Assembly: GCA_013239625.1 (NCBI GenBank)
Contig: MU054662.1
Location: 13,691,798 to 13,755,797, forward strand
Reading direction: 5' to 3'
Source of the DNA: Lama guanicoe
Taxonomy: Eukaryota
Length of the DNA stretch: 64,000 nt
The notes beneath the pieces were generated by a model. The model worked only from the letters and a program-made list of their open reading frames with translations, had not been told where the DNA came from and made no database searches. Made by a program: the position numbers and the translations under genes. Shown one piece after another: positions 1-12,700 of this stretch; within the stretch, counting starts at the first letter, position 1; each line of letters opens with the position of its first letter.

Positions 1-1489
1 CTCGCCGGCTGCCTGCTGCCCTCCCAGGGCACAGATGAGAGATGGGCCTGGATCTGAAGGACCAGCGAGGGCGGTTCTGAGCTGTCGGCAGCCCCCAGGG
101 ACCATCTGCGTCTTCTCTCTCCTCCTCACACCTCGGAGTCCACCATCTCCCTCCTCGGCTCTAGGAAACTGGAGTTGAGGAACATACTTCCGAGTGGTGG
201 CCACCCCCCGGACAGGCTGCCTTTGTTGTAAATGGATGAATAATTTTTAAAACCTTGGCCTTCAAGCTACTCGATAAACTCAGCTCTTATGGATTGTGGG
301 GTGGAAATGTTGGCAGGTGAGTGAGTTATTAATAGTTTCATGCTGTATTTGACGTCTACTAAAAAACCACGTGGTCATTCTTGAACACCTGACATAAAAC
401 TGATTGTAACTTCATAGACTATCTCGTGTCTTAATAGGCAAAAGGCACAGCTCATGTGACTACAGGATGATCAGCTGCATAAACGTGCCGGTCAACGCAG
501 TCCTAAGTCTCCAGGAATCGGAAATCGACGGGGTAAGCCGGCTCAGTGCCGAATCTCCCCGAGTCAGTGAGCCTCTAGGAGTGGAGAGAATGCCTCTTTC
601 TGTGAAGGTGGAGGTGAACCAGGACACATTAAAGAGCAAGTCTACCATGACATTAACTTGTAATTTTAGGGGTTCCTCGAAATATGAATCGTCTGGGGAA
701 GACGTCTGCACTTACAGTGGGGCGCTGTTCCTTTACACCCAGTTTAAGTGGACTTTACCGTACATCCAAGACATCATTACCTGATTAAGCCAACCTGATT
801 CTGATCACACTGGATCCCCGCCAAGCCCTCAGGCGTGCTCAGGACTCAGACGATGCTACGTGAATCTTTAATTGTTGTTTGTGGCACAGTGAGTGTGAAA
901 TCTCACTGGTGGACACTGTTTTCTTCCTAAAACAGACTGACAACCCCTCCAGTGGCAGGGGGACATGAGGTTCCATGCTCTTTTGCCCTCTGCCTTTAAT
1001 TTTACGTGATCCTGGTTCTGCACCCTGCACGCAGGTAGCCACAATCGTACACCAAGTTCTTGGCCCCAGACCTAAGGGAATTCCCTCGCACAAACTCCAT
1101 CACCAGACAGGGCAGTGTAGACCATGAGTCGGCATGGAGTCTGAGTCGGAATTATGCAAGGCTGAGGGCCAGACCTGATGCTAACTCGCTTTACCACGTG
1201 GGCTGGTGACTCTGCTCTAGACTCTCAGTGCCCCCCTCCGCCCTTTCTGACCTGCTCTGTGCCCTGCAGACCGACCTGCAGACACACCTGCTTCCAGGTG
1301 GCCTGGCAGGTGGGGGCCCCGGCAGGAGAGGGGGGATGCTGAGGACTGGGAGCCCCGCTGCCTAGCTCCTCTTCTAAAGCTGCCGCCCGCATCAGCCTCC
1401 GCCACCTGCCACCTGCTTCCTGAACGCTGCCCGCATCTCGGAACAGTCCCCCATCACTCACTCTTCCTCCAGGTCCACTGGGCTCTGCG

Positions 1490-2110
1490 GGGCCCCGGGC
1501 CCACAAGGGCACAGTGACGGCGCCCTCACCCCGCTCCTGTCCGGCACAGGGCACTGTTCCAAACGTCTGCGGCGCCCAGACTAGTGAGCGGTGACGCCCC
1601 CACCCCGCGCGCCCATCTCCCTCGTGACGCATCCCGGGAGACGAGTGTCCCTCTGGTCCACTGTCGGCCTCCTGGCCGGCCCGGCGCGGCGCGTGTGCGC
1701 GGGGCGGGCGCGGCTGCCCTAGCAGACGCCCCCCCGCGCGTGGCCGCTGGCCGAGCCAGGCTGCGCGGTGCCCCTGCGCGGGCCGTCACCGCTGATGCGC
1801 AGTGTCAAGCGTAGCCCGGCTGAAGTCGTCAGACGCACGGGGGCGCCTGACGCCGAGGCGGTCGGGGGAGAGCAGGCCCTGGGGCCCAGTGACGCACGGC
1901 ACGAGGGTTAAAGGCTCAGCAGAAGCTTCTCCGAGAGGAGACGGAGAGCGCTCCCGACCGGGGAGGAGCCTGACCGAGTGTGGAAGACGCGGTGGCTGCT
2001 GATGAGGCAGGGGGGTTGGGGGGGCAGGTGGGCCCCCGGGACTCCTGATGCCCTGAAACCGGACGGAGGTGAGGAGACGGCTCCGTGGGGCACGCGGTGC
2101 CCGGGGTGAC
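1490..2110. promoter_or_regulatory. CpG island / candidate promoter or enhancer
   Basis: Very dense CpG (e.g. ccggcgcggcgcgtgtgcgcggggcgggcgcgg at 1681-1713), a GC box and 7 TGACG/CGTCA half-sites. No linked exon identified. Confidence 0.6.
1981..2088 (+). repeat. Donor copy of a ~105-bp local duplication (partner 3274-3377)
   Basis: tggaagacgcggtggctgctga...ccctgaaaccggacggaggtgaggagacggctccgtgg aligns to 3274-3377 at about 85% identity by eye. Confidence 0.9.
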
Positions 2111-2395
2111 TTAGGGAACCTCTTGGTGCCCCCACTTCTGCTTGGGCACAAGTCCTGGCCCTCCCCTCGTCAGCAGAAAGAAGCTGGTCCCCTCCCAGCC
2201 CAGCCCCCTTGAGAGGGATGCCCCGCATCACAGGTTACCTGCCTCACAGAGGGACAACCCCTCCCCTGTCTGGGCATCTCTCTGCGCTTCTGCCGCCTCC
2301 CGGGGTGCCGCGGGACGGCCACAAGTCTGCACAAGTTGAGCGGATAGCTGGGACCTGACCCGCAGCCCAAGCACTTTAAACGTTAAAAGTGAAAA

Positions 2396-4244
2396 CACGT
2401 AGGGCTCCGATTTTTCCAGCACCGTTTAAAATGGTGTTTGTTTTTTGGCTTTTTGTTTTGTTCGTTTTACATCTTCTCTCTTGGTTTATCTTTAACGTTA
2501 CTAAAACATCACCTACATGCAAAAGAATCAGAATGGACTCCTTTCTCACATCTCGAACAAAAATAAATTCAAGAGGGATTAAGGACTTAAATCTTAGACC
2601 TGAAACCATAAAACTTCAAGACGGAAGCAAAGGCAGGACGCTCTTTGACTCTGGTCTTAACAATATTTTTTTTTTGGCTCTGTCTCCTCAGGCAAGGGAA
2701 ACAAAAGCAAAACCAAACCAACGGGCCCTAATGAAGCTAACACACTTTTGTACAGAGAAGGAGACCACCCCTAGAACGAAAAGGCCACCTACGGGGTGGG
2801 ACAAGATACTTGCAAACGGCGTATCTGATGAAGGGTTAGTATCCAAAATACACGAAGAGCTCATGCAACTCAACATCAGACAACCAAACCGCCTGATTTA
2901 GAAATGGACAGAGACTCTGAACAGACGTTTCACCAAAAAAGACACACAAATGGCCCACGAGCTCGGGACAAGATGCTCAGCATCATCAGGGAAACGCAAA
3001 TGAAAAGCACAGTGAAGATGCCACCGCGTGGCTGTCGGAGCGGCTACCAGCAAAAGGACAACACGTGACTGCTGGCGAGGATGTAGGGGAAAAACCCGCT
3101 TGCGCTTTGGTGGGAATGTAAACTGGTGCAGCCGCTACGGAAAACCGCATGGAGAGTCCTCAAAAGATTAAACGTAGAACTACCATAGGATCCAGCAACT
3201 CCACTTCTGGTTATTTTTCCCGATAAAACAAAAACACTAATTAGCAAAGATGCATGTACCCCTATGTTCCCTTTGGAAGATGCGGTGGCTGCTGACAAGT
3301 TGGGGGCAGGGGGCAGGTGAGCCCCCGGGGCCCCTGATGCCCTGAAACTGGGCGGAGGTGAGGAGACAGCTCCGTGGATCAGCATCATTTCCAAAAGCTA
3401 AGATATGAAAGCAACCCAAGTGCCCATCAATAGGTGAACAGCCAGAGACGACATGTGGTGTATTACACAATGGAATACTACTCAGCCATGAAAAAGAGTG
3501 ACATTTGCCGTTTACAACAACATGGATGGCCCTGGAGGGTATTATGCCAAATGAAGCAAGCCAGCCCAAGAAAGACAGGCACTGTATGACCTCACCTATA
3601 CGTTGGAGTCTAAAAACACAGCAAACAAACAACAAAACAGAAACAGAGTTACAGACAGAGCACAGACAAGTGGTTGCCAGAGGGAGGAGGGAGAGGCAGG
3701 AAGGAAACAGGTGAGGCGGATCAAGGGCACAGACCCCCAGCTACAAAATCCATGAGTCACAGGTGTGAAATGCACAGTGTGGCGAACACAGCCAATGGCT
3801 ATGTGACATCTCTGTGTGGTGACGGATCATAACTGGATGGACCCTGGTGATCGCTTTGAAATGAACACAGCTGTCGAGTCACTACGTTGAGTAACAGGAA
3901 CTAACGTAGTGCTGCAGGGCAATCATGCTTCAAAGCAAACAAACAGACAAACTCATAGCAAAAGAGACGAGATCTGCGGTTACCAGAGGTGGGAGGCAGG
4001 GGAAGCGGGAACTGATGAAGGTGGTCGCAAGGTGCGCACTTGCAGGTGTAATGTGAGCACGAGGGGCGTCACGCACAGCGTGACTAACATGATAAACACA
4101 ACTGTTTGCTCTGTGTTGTTAAAAAAGTAAATCCTGAGTTCTCCTCATGTGCACAAAAACTCCTTTTTCTCTTTCTTTAATTACGTATCTCTATCAGATG
4201 ATGGATATTCACTAAATTCATTGTGATAATTATTTCATGGAAAA
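2396..4244 (+). mobile_element. 5'-truncated LINE-1 (ORF2 C-terminus remnant plus 3' UTR) with 11-bp TSD and short 5' inversion
   Basis: ORF 2389..2901 reads TKINSRGIKDLNLRPETIKL...WDKILANGVSDEGLVSKIHEELMQL and ORF 3505..3714 reads PFTTTWMALEGIM; both are L1 ORF2-like. TSD aaaagtgaaaa at 2385-2395 and 4245-4255, with a TT/AAAA endonuclease site. Confidence 0.92.
3274..3377 (+). repeat. Templated copy of 1981-2088 inserted inside the L1
   Basis: A GC-rich non-L1 segment interrupts the L1 between ...cccctatgttc and agcatcatttccaaaagctaagatatg. Confidence 0.9.
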
Positions 4245-5468
4245 AAAAGTGAAAATAAAACGGCAAGATGTCTACACTCACTACACAGAAGAAATGAACT
4301 GTTGCAGCCACACGTCGAAGGCGCTCTCCTCCACTCCTGAAACGGAGCTTAGTCCCTGCCTGCAGCCTCGCGCTCAGACCTGTCTGCTCCACGCACGCAC
4401 GTCAGTCCTGAGGATGGAGGATGGAGGCAGATGCGGGGAGAGGGCCAGGTGCGGCAGGGAGGAGGCGGCCGATCCTCCCTTAGCCTCCCGGGTCCCAGGC
4501 ACTCGGGATGATGAGACACCTGCACAGATGATGGTGCAGCTTGAAAGAAGCCACCAGGTGAGAAAGGCAGGTACCCTTCCGGGAGGAAGCCCCCCATTCA
4601 AGACGCCGAGCTCACGTGAAGGATGCTGATAATGTGATAAAAGCACACCCCTTCAGGCCCCACACCTGCCCACAACCGTCCATCGCTTAATGCTTGTTGA
4701 GAAGGACTGGACCGGCTGCCTGCGGAGCCGGGGCTCCTGCCAAACGCCGTCTGCGTCCAAGCTCGCATTCGCAGTGGGACCCCTGCCCCGGGGGCTGCAG
4801 AGGCTGCCTTTCCCAAGCCAGGCCTCCCCCACAAGGTCCGTTGGGCCACCACGTAGCTTTCGCTGTGGCTGAGTTCCCTCAAGGTGTGTGTAAGAGAGAT
4901 GAAGGCCGAGGAGCAGGAGGAGGGAGCAGTCACACTTGGGCTGACCTCTTTGGTTGATCTTCTGCAAAAAAATAGTCCTCTCTATATTAATTTCTTCTCT
5001 GTTTAAAATTGTCTGATTAAGTCTCCAAAAAGCCAGGGAACTGGAATTGTTGGCAGTGTCCAGAGGGTTCAACTTCTATGCAGTCGGCAAAACGGGCGGC
5101 CCCAGGGAGGAACCCACTGTGGATGTGGGGTGTCACACCTGGCGGGGGTGGGGTGCGTCCTGGAGGCAGGAGGGAAGCAGCCTCACGGGACAAAATCGCC
5201 TTCGACACAGCCGCCTCCCGTCCTGCAACTGCGCCCTGATGTCAGCGCTGAGGTCCCCTCCGCGCCGCCCTTCCCTCCGCGGGCGGCTCCCGCGTATTTC
5301 ACCGCCTGTCCTGCCCACTCTGACACTCATACATCAAAGGATCCGAGGACGAGGAGCTTGGTTTTGGAAAGATTATTCTTGTGAAGATTTATCCTCTCAT
5401 CTCGACCACCTTGGCTGGAAGGGAGAGGTTCTCCGTAAATTATTCAACGTGCTGTGCAGGGGGAACCT

Positions 5469-5503
5469 TCCCCCCCCCCCCTCCCCCCCCCCCAACCCCG
5501 CCG
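5469..5503. repeat. Poly-C tract (G4 / i-motif capable)
   Basis: Near-pure C runs interrupted by t and aa. Confidence 0.85.
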
Positions 5504-8500
5504 CCGGACTGGCTTCCCTTCCTTTTCTTTTTCCCTTCCTGCACGTTTAGGCCCGTTCACAAATGACACAAGAAGGTAAAATGGAAGAGGGGGGTGGGAA
5601 TCAGGAAATTCGAGAATTTCAGTGGAACCTTTGAGGGAGCCCAGTGGAACGGGGGCACCGGTGTCTTTGGCCGCAGGAAGGGGCGCTCAGGAAAGGTTTA
5701 GAGCACACTTCCCAGGAGTGGGTGTGAAGGAGACACCCAGTCTGGCCTGTGCTCGGTGCCGTCTCCCGAGTGGGTGCCGTCCCCAAAGCCCCTCCTACCT
5801 GGGCCGTTTGCAGGGAGGGGGCCTGCGGCAGAGGGAGGAAGTGGCCCTGATGCAAAGCAGTGGAGGAGGCTGGGGAGGGATGAGACACCCCAGGGAGGGG
5901 TGGAGGGGACCCGGGACGGGGACCAGGAAAGCAGGGCCCTGAAATGAAAGTGGCGGCAGGAGTGATGCTGGGGCCACCCGTCTCGCTCATTCATGGAGCT
6001 CTGCCTCCACCTGGTGGGCAGTTGCTGGCACTGCACCTCGCCCGCAGGCTCCGCGGCGGAGGCGCCCTGTGCATGGCCCTCCCCGCAGGAGGAGAAGCCC
6101 TTAGGGGCTGCGTGGCCTGTGGCTGCAGACAGACGGAGGGCCGAGCCCAACCGGGAGAGAGGCTGCAGGCTGGATCCGAGCAGAGCCCGTGTCTCCCGGG
6201 GGCCCCGTGTGGCCATGGGAGGCCCCCAGTCTGGCTGCCCTGGGACCGGCTCCCAGGCTGGTCCTTTGCGGACAGCAGGTGAGCGGCCCCGGGGGGTGGG
6301 GGGGGGTGAGAAGAGCCTGCAGACTGCAGACCCGCGCAGGCAGGGCCGGGAGCTCACCTGCCCCGTGACCACGATGCCGGACGTGGAGTCGGTGGCGTGT
6401 GTGGGAAGGTTTTAGTTATTGATTTACTCCAAAAACACTTCTCAGAAGCCTGCCGTGTGCCAAACAACACTGAACAACAGGCGCCGACCTCTGCGGTGGA
6501 GCCTGCGCTCCGTCTCCGAGGCAGCGGATCGCCGAGACCCCACCTGACGTATGAGGTGTGTCCCGCGGTGGGAAGGACAGGAGAAACGCTAAACTGGGGG
6601 GAGGAGGGGTCTCCAGGGGTCCGAGGTGGGGAGAGGCCCCAGGGATGGGCACACCTGGCGTCACACCTGGAAGAGGGGGTGCGCGGGAGCCGGTGTGAGG
6701 CCCCCCGAGGCGGGGTCTGCTGTGGGAGAAGGTGGCCCCGTGCTGAGCCCTGGGCCAGGAGGCTTAACTCAAGCCTCAGACAGGACAGCCGGGAAACCGC
6801 ACTTCTAAGCCGTGTGTGCGACCCCCGCGAGGTTCACCAGGTCAGCTGGAGAAGCGGAATTAAAGAGGGGGCTGCGATGTCACCAGTGCACCCCCACCCC
6901 ACGCCCGTGTCCCAGGGCATGGACCTGCCAACTGGACCTCCTTCCCGAGATGGACGCTCCCCAGGTGTGCCCGCAGCCCCGAGGGCCCAGAGTGTGCGGC
7001 GATGCTGAGAACGAGTTGTGCGTGTGGGACGCCGTCTCTCCTGTGCAGGACGGTGCTACGGTTCCTCTCTGAGCACAGGGGCCCAGCCCGGCTCCAACGG
7101 GCACGTGAGTGCACCTGACCACGGGGGTGGTCCCTGACAGCCTGGCCCTCGTCTGCTGTCTCTCCAGACCGAGAGCTGGCTTCCCAAAGGTCACCTGCCA
7201 GCCTCTCCCTGGACGTCCCCTCGGCGTGGACGGGGGCTTTGCGTTGATGCACAAGGACAGATATGGACGACTGCGGGGCTGAAGCCCAGACCCTGCCTTG
7301 GTTGCCAGGCCCAGGACGCCCGGGCTCAGCCGTGCCGAGCCCCCTCCTGCCTCCGGCTGTGCTCACAGCTGTGCTGCTTTGCCCAGAGCATCCTCCTCTG
7401 TCCTCTCCAACCACCTAAACCCCTCACCCTCCAGGTCCTAGATCAAGCCTCTCCTGACCTCCCTTGACTCGCAGTGGGGCGCTCGCCTCATCTGTGCGCT
7501 CCCTCCTGTGGCTGCATCCTCTCTCCCCAGCTTAACTTGCTCTTTACCCGCTGGCAGGAAGAGCCCTCCTGTGTGGGCACAAGGACCAGAGGGGCCTGGT
7601 GCCCTGTTCCCTCGGAGCGCTGTTGGGCCAGCAGCTCTGTGTGTGCCCCTGCCCACCCAGGAGGGACCTTGCTCAGGTGAGTGATGGGCGGAGGGCCCAC
7701 TTGCCCCCCCTCCACTCGCACCAGCGGCCGTGCCCCTGGACGGAACCCAACCCTACGACCAGCCAGCAAACGGGGTCCCTAAACCACCTCCCAAACGGCA
7801 GAAACGTTCTTTGGACGCAGAAGAGCAGCCTATGGAGCTGAGAAGAGCCTTTAGGAGAGGCCAGGTCCGGCCCCACCACCCTTTCACAGAAGACGTCCCC
7901 AGCCCGGAGAGCCTGAGACTGGACCGAGCTCCTTGTCGGTCCAGGGAACCAAGCTCAGAGTCCCTGCTTTGCGACCTGCAGTGTTTCCACGCCGACAGGC
8001 TAAGTCCAGTCCTGGGCTCCCGCTTGGGAAGAGGCGAAAAGGAGTCCCCGTGGACCCTCGTGCAAGCCGTCGGGACACCCGGGCCGCGGTCCGTCGGCGG
8101 AGGCTGCCGCCCCGGGCTCTGCGTACGCCCAGCCCCTCGTACAGGTGCGCCGAGGCGACATGGATGAAAGTTACCTGCGAAGTGACACCACCCAGCTAAG
8201 TAGAACAAAACGACTACTAAGAAGTGACCACGCTGGTCTCTAAGGAAGCAGCTCTCACTCTACCGGTTGCTCATTCACGGGATCAAGCGCTTTAGAAACC
8301 GCAGGCGTGGCCACAGACACACAGTCGCCCAGCCTCTCAGCAGTCGTCGGAAGCACGTGCGACTGGGGCCGTTCCCCAGGGATCTGAGGCTCAGCGAGGT
8401 GAAGCCGCTGCCTTCTGCCGGGGGACGCACAGCAGTTCAGGGTGACCTTGGACCTGAAGAGGGCCGTCTGGACCCAGGTTCCAGTCTTCCTCTTGCAAGT

Positions 8501-10729
8501 TAATCCCTGCTCCTGTTTCTTCAACGGCCACCGATTCTCACGTGTCTCGGGGGGCTCCCCAGGGTTTGGAAGGAGGAACTCTCGAATCTGGGAGCTCACA
8601 CGCTTGACTCCGGCTGAACTCTTGGAAGGACTCAGGGCCAGCAGAGCTTCAGCTACTTTTTCCAGTGGAACAAACCGCCGGCCGAAGGGAGCCGCGGAGC
8701 CGCGCTGGTCTGACTTCATCTTTCTCCGGGGAGTAAAGGAAGCCCCGGAGAGGAGGAGGGTTTGAGTCAGTTGTGTGAACCCGCTCCTGGGCCAACGTGC
8801 CCAGTGCAAAACGGCGACGTGGCACCCGAGCCTCCCACCGCCTCGGCCACTGTCCTGCCCCGCGGTCCCCCGGCCTCTCCCCCCAGGGACATGCAGGCCG
8901 TCCCTGAGCCCCGTGGGCCTCACCCCAAGGCCCGCCCGTGTCCAGGGCAAGGTGCCGTCCATCCTGCGTTCAGACTCTGCTCTCCCTATGAGAACATTTC
9001 CGGTGTGTGGGTACAAATCCCACCCCTCCGGCGCGGGGCATGGGGTGGGGGCTGGGAGCCGGGCAGCGCCGGGGGTGGAGCGGGGGACCTCCCTGCTCCC
9101 TTCCCTGTATCGTCCACTGCTTTTCATTAAAAAGATTTCCTTTCTAAACGTGAAATAATACACCTTTTTAAGCCTTTTCTCAGCACACTGTCACAACTCA
9201 AGTTGATCTGATAAGCTTATTTATATTAAAGTATCAAACACTGACGCTGACAGGCTGTGTTTGGAAGCCAGACAGCACGACAGCCTAGCAATGTTCCTGA
9301 AGCCAAAGCACCGTGCTGCCAGGGGGGCGTCAGGGCTCCAGGCCTGCGGGGGCCGGGCTCGGCCCTGGGCCGGTGGGCGCGAGCTGAGGGGTCCCCTGAG
9401 CCCTGCTCGGGTAGTTGCCACGAAATGAATGCTTCCCCTGTAGACCTGAACCCCCCCAACAAAGCCGCCTTAGTAGGATTTGTACTCACATATCGGGGAC
9501 GGATGGCGGCAGTCTTCCTCTCTGTCCAAATGCACAAACAAAGCCATTTCTCGGCCCACTCCTTCATCTAATCCTGGGCCCCTCCCCTCTCGGCGCGCCC
9601 CTATTAGCCCCTGGTACCTGACGAGTGCACGGCCCAGGCCGTCTGCAGTGCCCCACGGCACGTGGACTTACGTGTTCGCAGAGGGGCCGCAGGATAACGC
9701 GACTCAAAGGAGTTGCGCTAATGGGGAAACTTAGGTGCCCGACACCCGAGTCCCGGGGTGCTTGTTGACGGACATTGCGGCAAGCCCTGTGTCTGTGTAC
9801 ACGTGAGTGAACGCGTCTGACCCACATCCCGTGTTTAGCGAGCCCAGAGTCTTTACGGACCCGTTTTCCACGCCGGCATCAGACCGAACAGCTGAGGGCA
9901 GGTGCCCTCGAACGAACCCACAGTGACTGAAGAGGTGGGCAGACAGGCAGGACCCCTGACCCAAGTCACCTGTTCACTGTCACAGACAAAGGGCGTTAAT
10001 CAGATTCAGGAGATGATCACTTAGGACATCAAAGAACAAGATAACTTGGAGCCGGAGGGATCAGAGAACTTTTGAGATCATCAAATCCAACTTCTTAGAC
10101 CGTAAAACTCCAATTTGCTGCAGTATTAGCTAGAGAACAGAGCGGAGCGATGGAAGGCACGTGCGCTCTGGAGGCTCATCAACACACACTTGGCTCTGTT
10201 TGCCGTGCGCAGCAGGTGGGCCACTGCGGGCGGGGCCCTGAGGCCCACGGAGCCTCAGTCTCCCGATCCCCAAACAGCGTAAAGACAGCAGACTAACAGC
10301 TACTGCGAGTGAGCGACGGCGCGAGTGAGGCACCGGGCGTCACACCCTGGCACAGAGCAAGCGCTTTGTTTTTAGACACAGGGATAGAACCAGAACCAGA
10401 ACCAGAGCCAGAAGCTCACTCGTTGTGAGGGTGTGTGTGGCTCCCCCGGGGGACAGCTGGTGCGGCAGGAGGGGGCTTCCGCAGCCTGGGGTGGGCTCAC
10501 GCTCGAAGCAGAGGCGACAAGGACTGTCACCGCAGAACTGCCCTCTCCCCGCAGAGCCCGACCGGCCGGAGACCCTGGAGCGGCGCTGACACCGTCCACG
10601 CCGACGCGGGCAGCGGGGAGGAGAGGAAAGCCCCACCCTCCACGGGTGCACAGACCCCAACCCGGCTCCGCGAAATCCCACCCTAACAAGTCTGGGCTCT
10701 GTTTAGTCGGTGTCCTGAGTGCATGTTAA

Positions 10730-10965
10730 CAATAAATAAAGCTTCAATAAATATGCAAAGCAAAAACTAATTTAAATTGACACTTGTGTCCGGGTGGGGC
10801 CAGAGAGAGTCCTTTACACCATGAAGTGATTTAGGATCCATCGCCTCCGGCATCTGCATTACAGATTTACCTCTCATTACAGCCGTGTTAACTGGAAAAG
10901 GCAGCTTCTCGACAACACGCGAGGCACGGCTTATTAGCATAAATTTGCATAACGATTAGCTCTGC
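10730..10965. promoter_or_regulatory. Candidate enhancer with clustered POU/octamer motifs
   Basis: AT-rich non-repeat island with ATTAGCAT (10933-10940), ATTTGCAT (10943-10950) and ATGCAAAG (10753-10760). Confidence 0.45.
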
Positions 10966-12584
10966 GGCACGCAGGGGCCCTGTGTCTTTCAAACAGGCAA
11001 CTTTCAGTGTCAATTTTCTGTGCTTCTCTGCTTGTCCCTGTTTGTCTAAAGCTCCCGGAACCCCGTGGCCCTGCTTCTGCTGGTTCCTAAGTTCTCTCCA
11101 CTGGTGCGTTTAGGCTCAAGATTTCACAGCCTCTGCCCGGCTCCCCGCGGGAGGGAGGGGACTCCGGGCTCCAGCTGGGGACGTGGGTGAGGAGAAGCCA
11201 TCCCAAGGTCCTTGAGTGTGAGGACAACAGGACACGGCTACACCCACTGTCCACTCAGCTGTCAAACACCACGGAGGGAACGCGCCGGTGGTTAATTCCC
11301 AAGGGGAGGCCATGCTCAGCTGGTTTGGAGGCACGAACCCTGTTGTTGAGCAGCAGTTTCCTTTATAATTAGGTTGTGTCTAAGCTAATGTCGCAATGAT
11401 CTCCCTCCCGCTGCCTGGGCTCCTGCCAGCTGGGTGGTCAGCGCAGGGCGGCCAGCCCAACGTACAAGGACGGAAACCAGGCCAGGGGTGACACCGAGGG
11501 CACCTGGGCTGAGGGTGGACGGAGGCTGGCTTTCCCAACTCTGTCAGGACCAGGAGGTGGGCAGGGAGGTCCTGCCCTGGGCTTCCGTGAGTTTTCGCAA
11601 ACAGCCGCCCACCTCCTGAGATGCAGCACTCGCCCTCCCCAGGGAACCGGGCTCCTTCCCAGCGCTCAGGATGAACGTGGACGTTCCCCTGCAACGGGAG
11701 CGAAGGAGAGAGACTGGGGTGCGGTGCACCTGCTCAAAGAGCCGCACGACAGGGAACGTTTGTCAACGTGCAGAAATGTGCTTCCTCTGCAAAAACAGAA
11801 TCTGCCAAGTCGACGTGCGTGAGGCTCTAAGGCAGGAGCATGTCCACAGCCCTCAGACCCCCCCCCGGAGGGGAGGGCTGAGCCCCGCCAAGCCGGGAGG
11901 TGACCGGGACAACGAGGGATCCGCTGCGCTCCCAGGAGCCCGGTGTCGGGCTCAGACATCCGGGCAATCCACGCGGCCAGAAAAAATTGTATGCGTATAT
12001 AAATATTAATATTTGTGCTGTGTATTTTGTAAAAGTCTCAGCCGTGACCCCGTCTCACACGTGGGATGAGGATAAAAATGCGATTTGTTGAGTGTTTACT
12101 ACTCCGGGGACCCGTTTTCCGAGCCCTCCTGTTGTCTCAAGCAGCAAGCACGAGCTGCATGTCTAGGGGTGTGATGAGACTTGAAGACCCTTCTGACTCC
12201 AAAACACACATTCTTTCCAAGCAATCACAGGGGCGTAACGGAAAATCGCTGGCCCGGGAGTCAGCACGCCTCCGTGTGTCCCTGCTACCTGCAGCGGCAC
12301 GTGGGCACATCGCCCCGGAACGCGAGTGAACCAGGGGCAGCAGTGGGGACGCCAGAGCTGGAGCAGGTGCTCGGTCGCCGTGCCCGCTGGTCAAGCGTTC
12401 ATTTCTCAAGTGATGAAAGGAAGCCAGACGCTTTTACAGTTTTACTAAGTGTTTGGACTGTTCCCCGGAAAAACGCACCAATCAAACATGCATTCAAAAT
12501 GTTACAGAGTTAGCACTCATGGGCCTCCTGCAAATCTTCTATTTCTAAGATCCTGCAAATCCAAGACTGAATCTCCCCGATGTG

Positions 12585-12700
12585 GCCCAGTCCTCTCATG
12601 TGATAAACGGGAAACAGGCTCAGAAAGGACAAAACACTTGTCCAAAGTCACAGAGCTGGGGCGTGGTGAGGTCAAGATTGTGCATCCAGGACAGTCCCGT
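12585..12700 (-). mobile_element. MIR SINE fragment
   Basis: gataaacgggaaacaggctcagaaagg...tgtccaaagtcacagagctgg resembles the antisense MIR core. Confidence 0.7.

Noticed and set aside
460-784. Paired short ORFs near the window start
   Set aside because: Not recognised as any protein, and no coherent exon structure.
7730-8167. 145-aa ORF with an NLS-like PPPKRQKR
   Set aside because: Non-ATG start, no recognisable domain or splice support; the short motif is plausible by chance.
8255-9163. 302-aa minus-strand ORF
   Set aside because: No recognisable homology; it runs through a MIR-like remnant at about 8380-8480 and GC-rich DNA.
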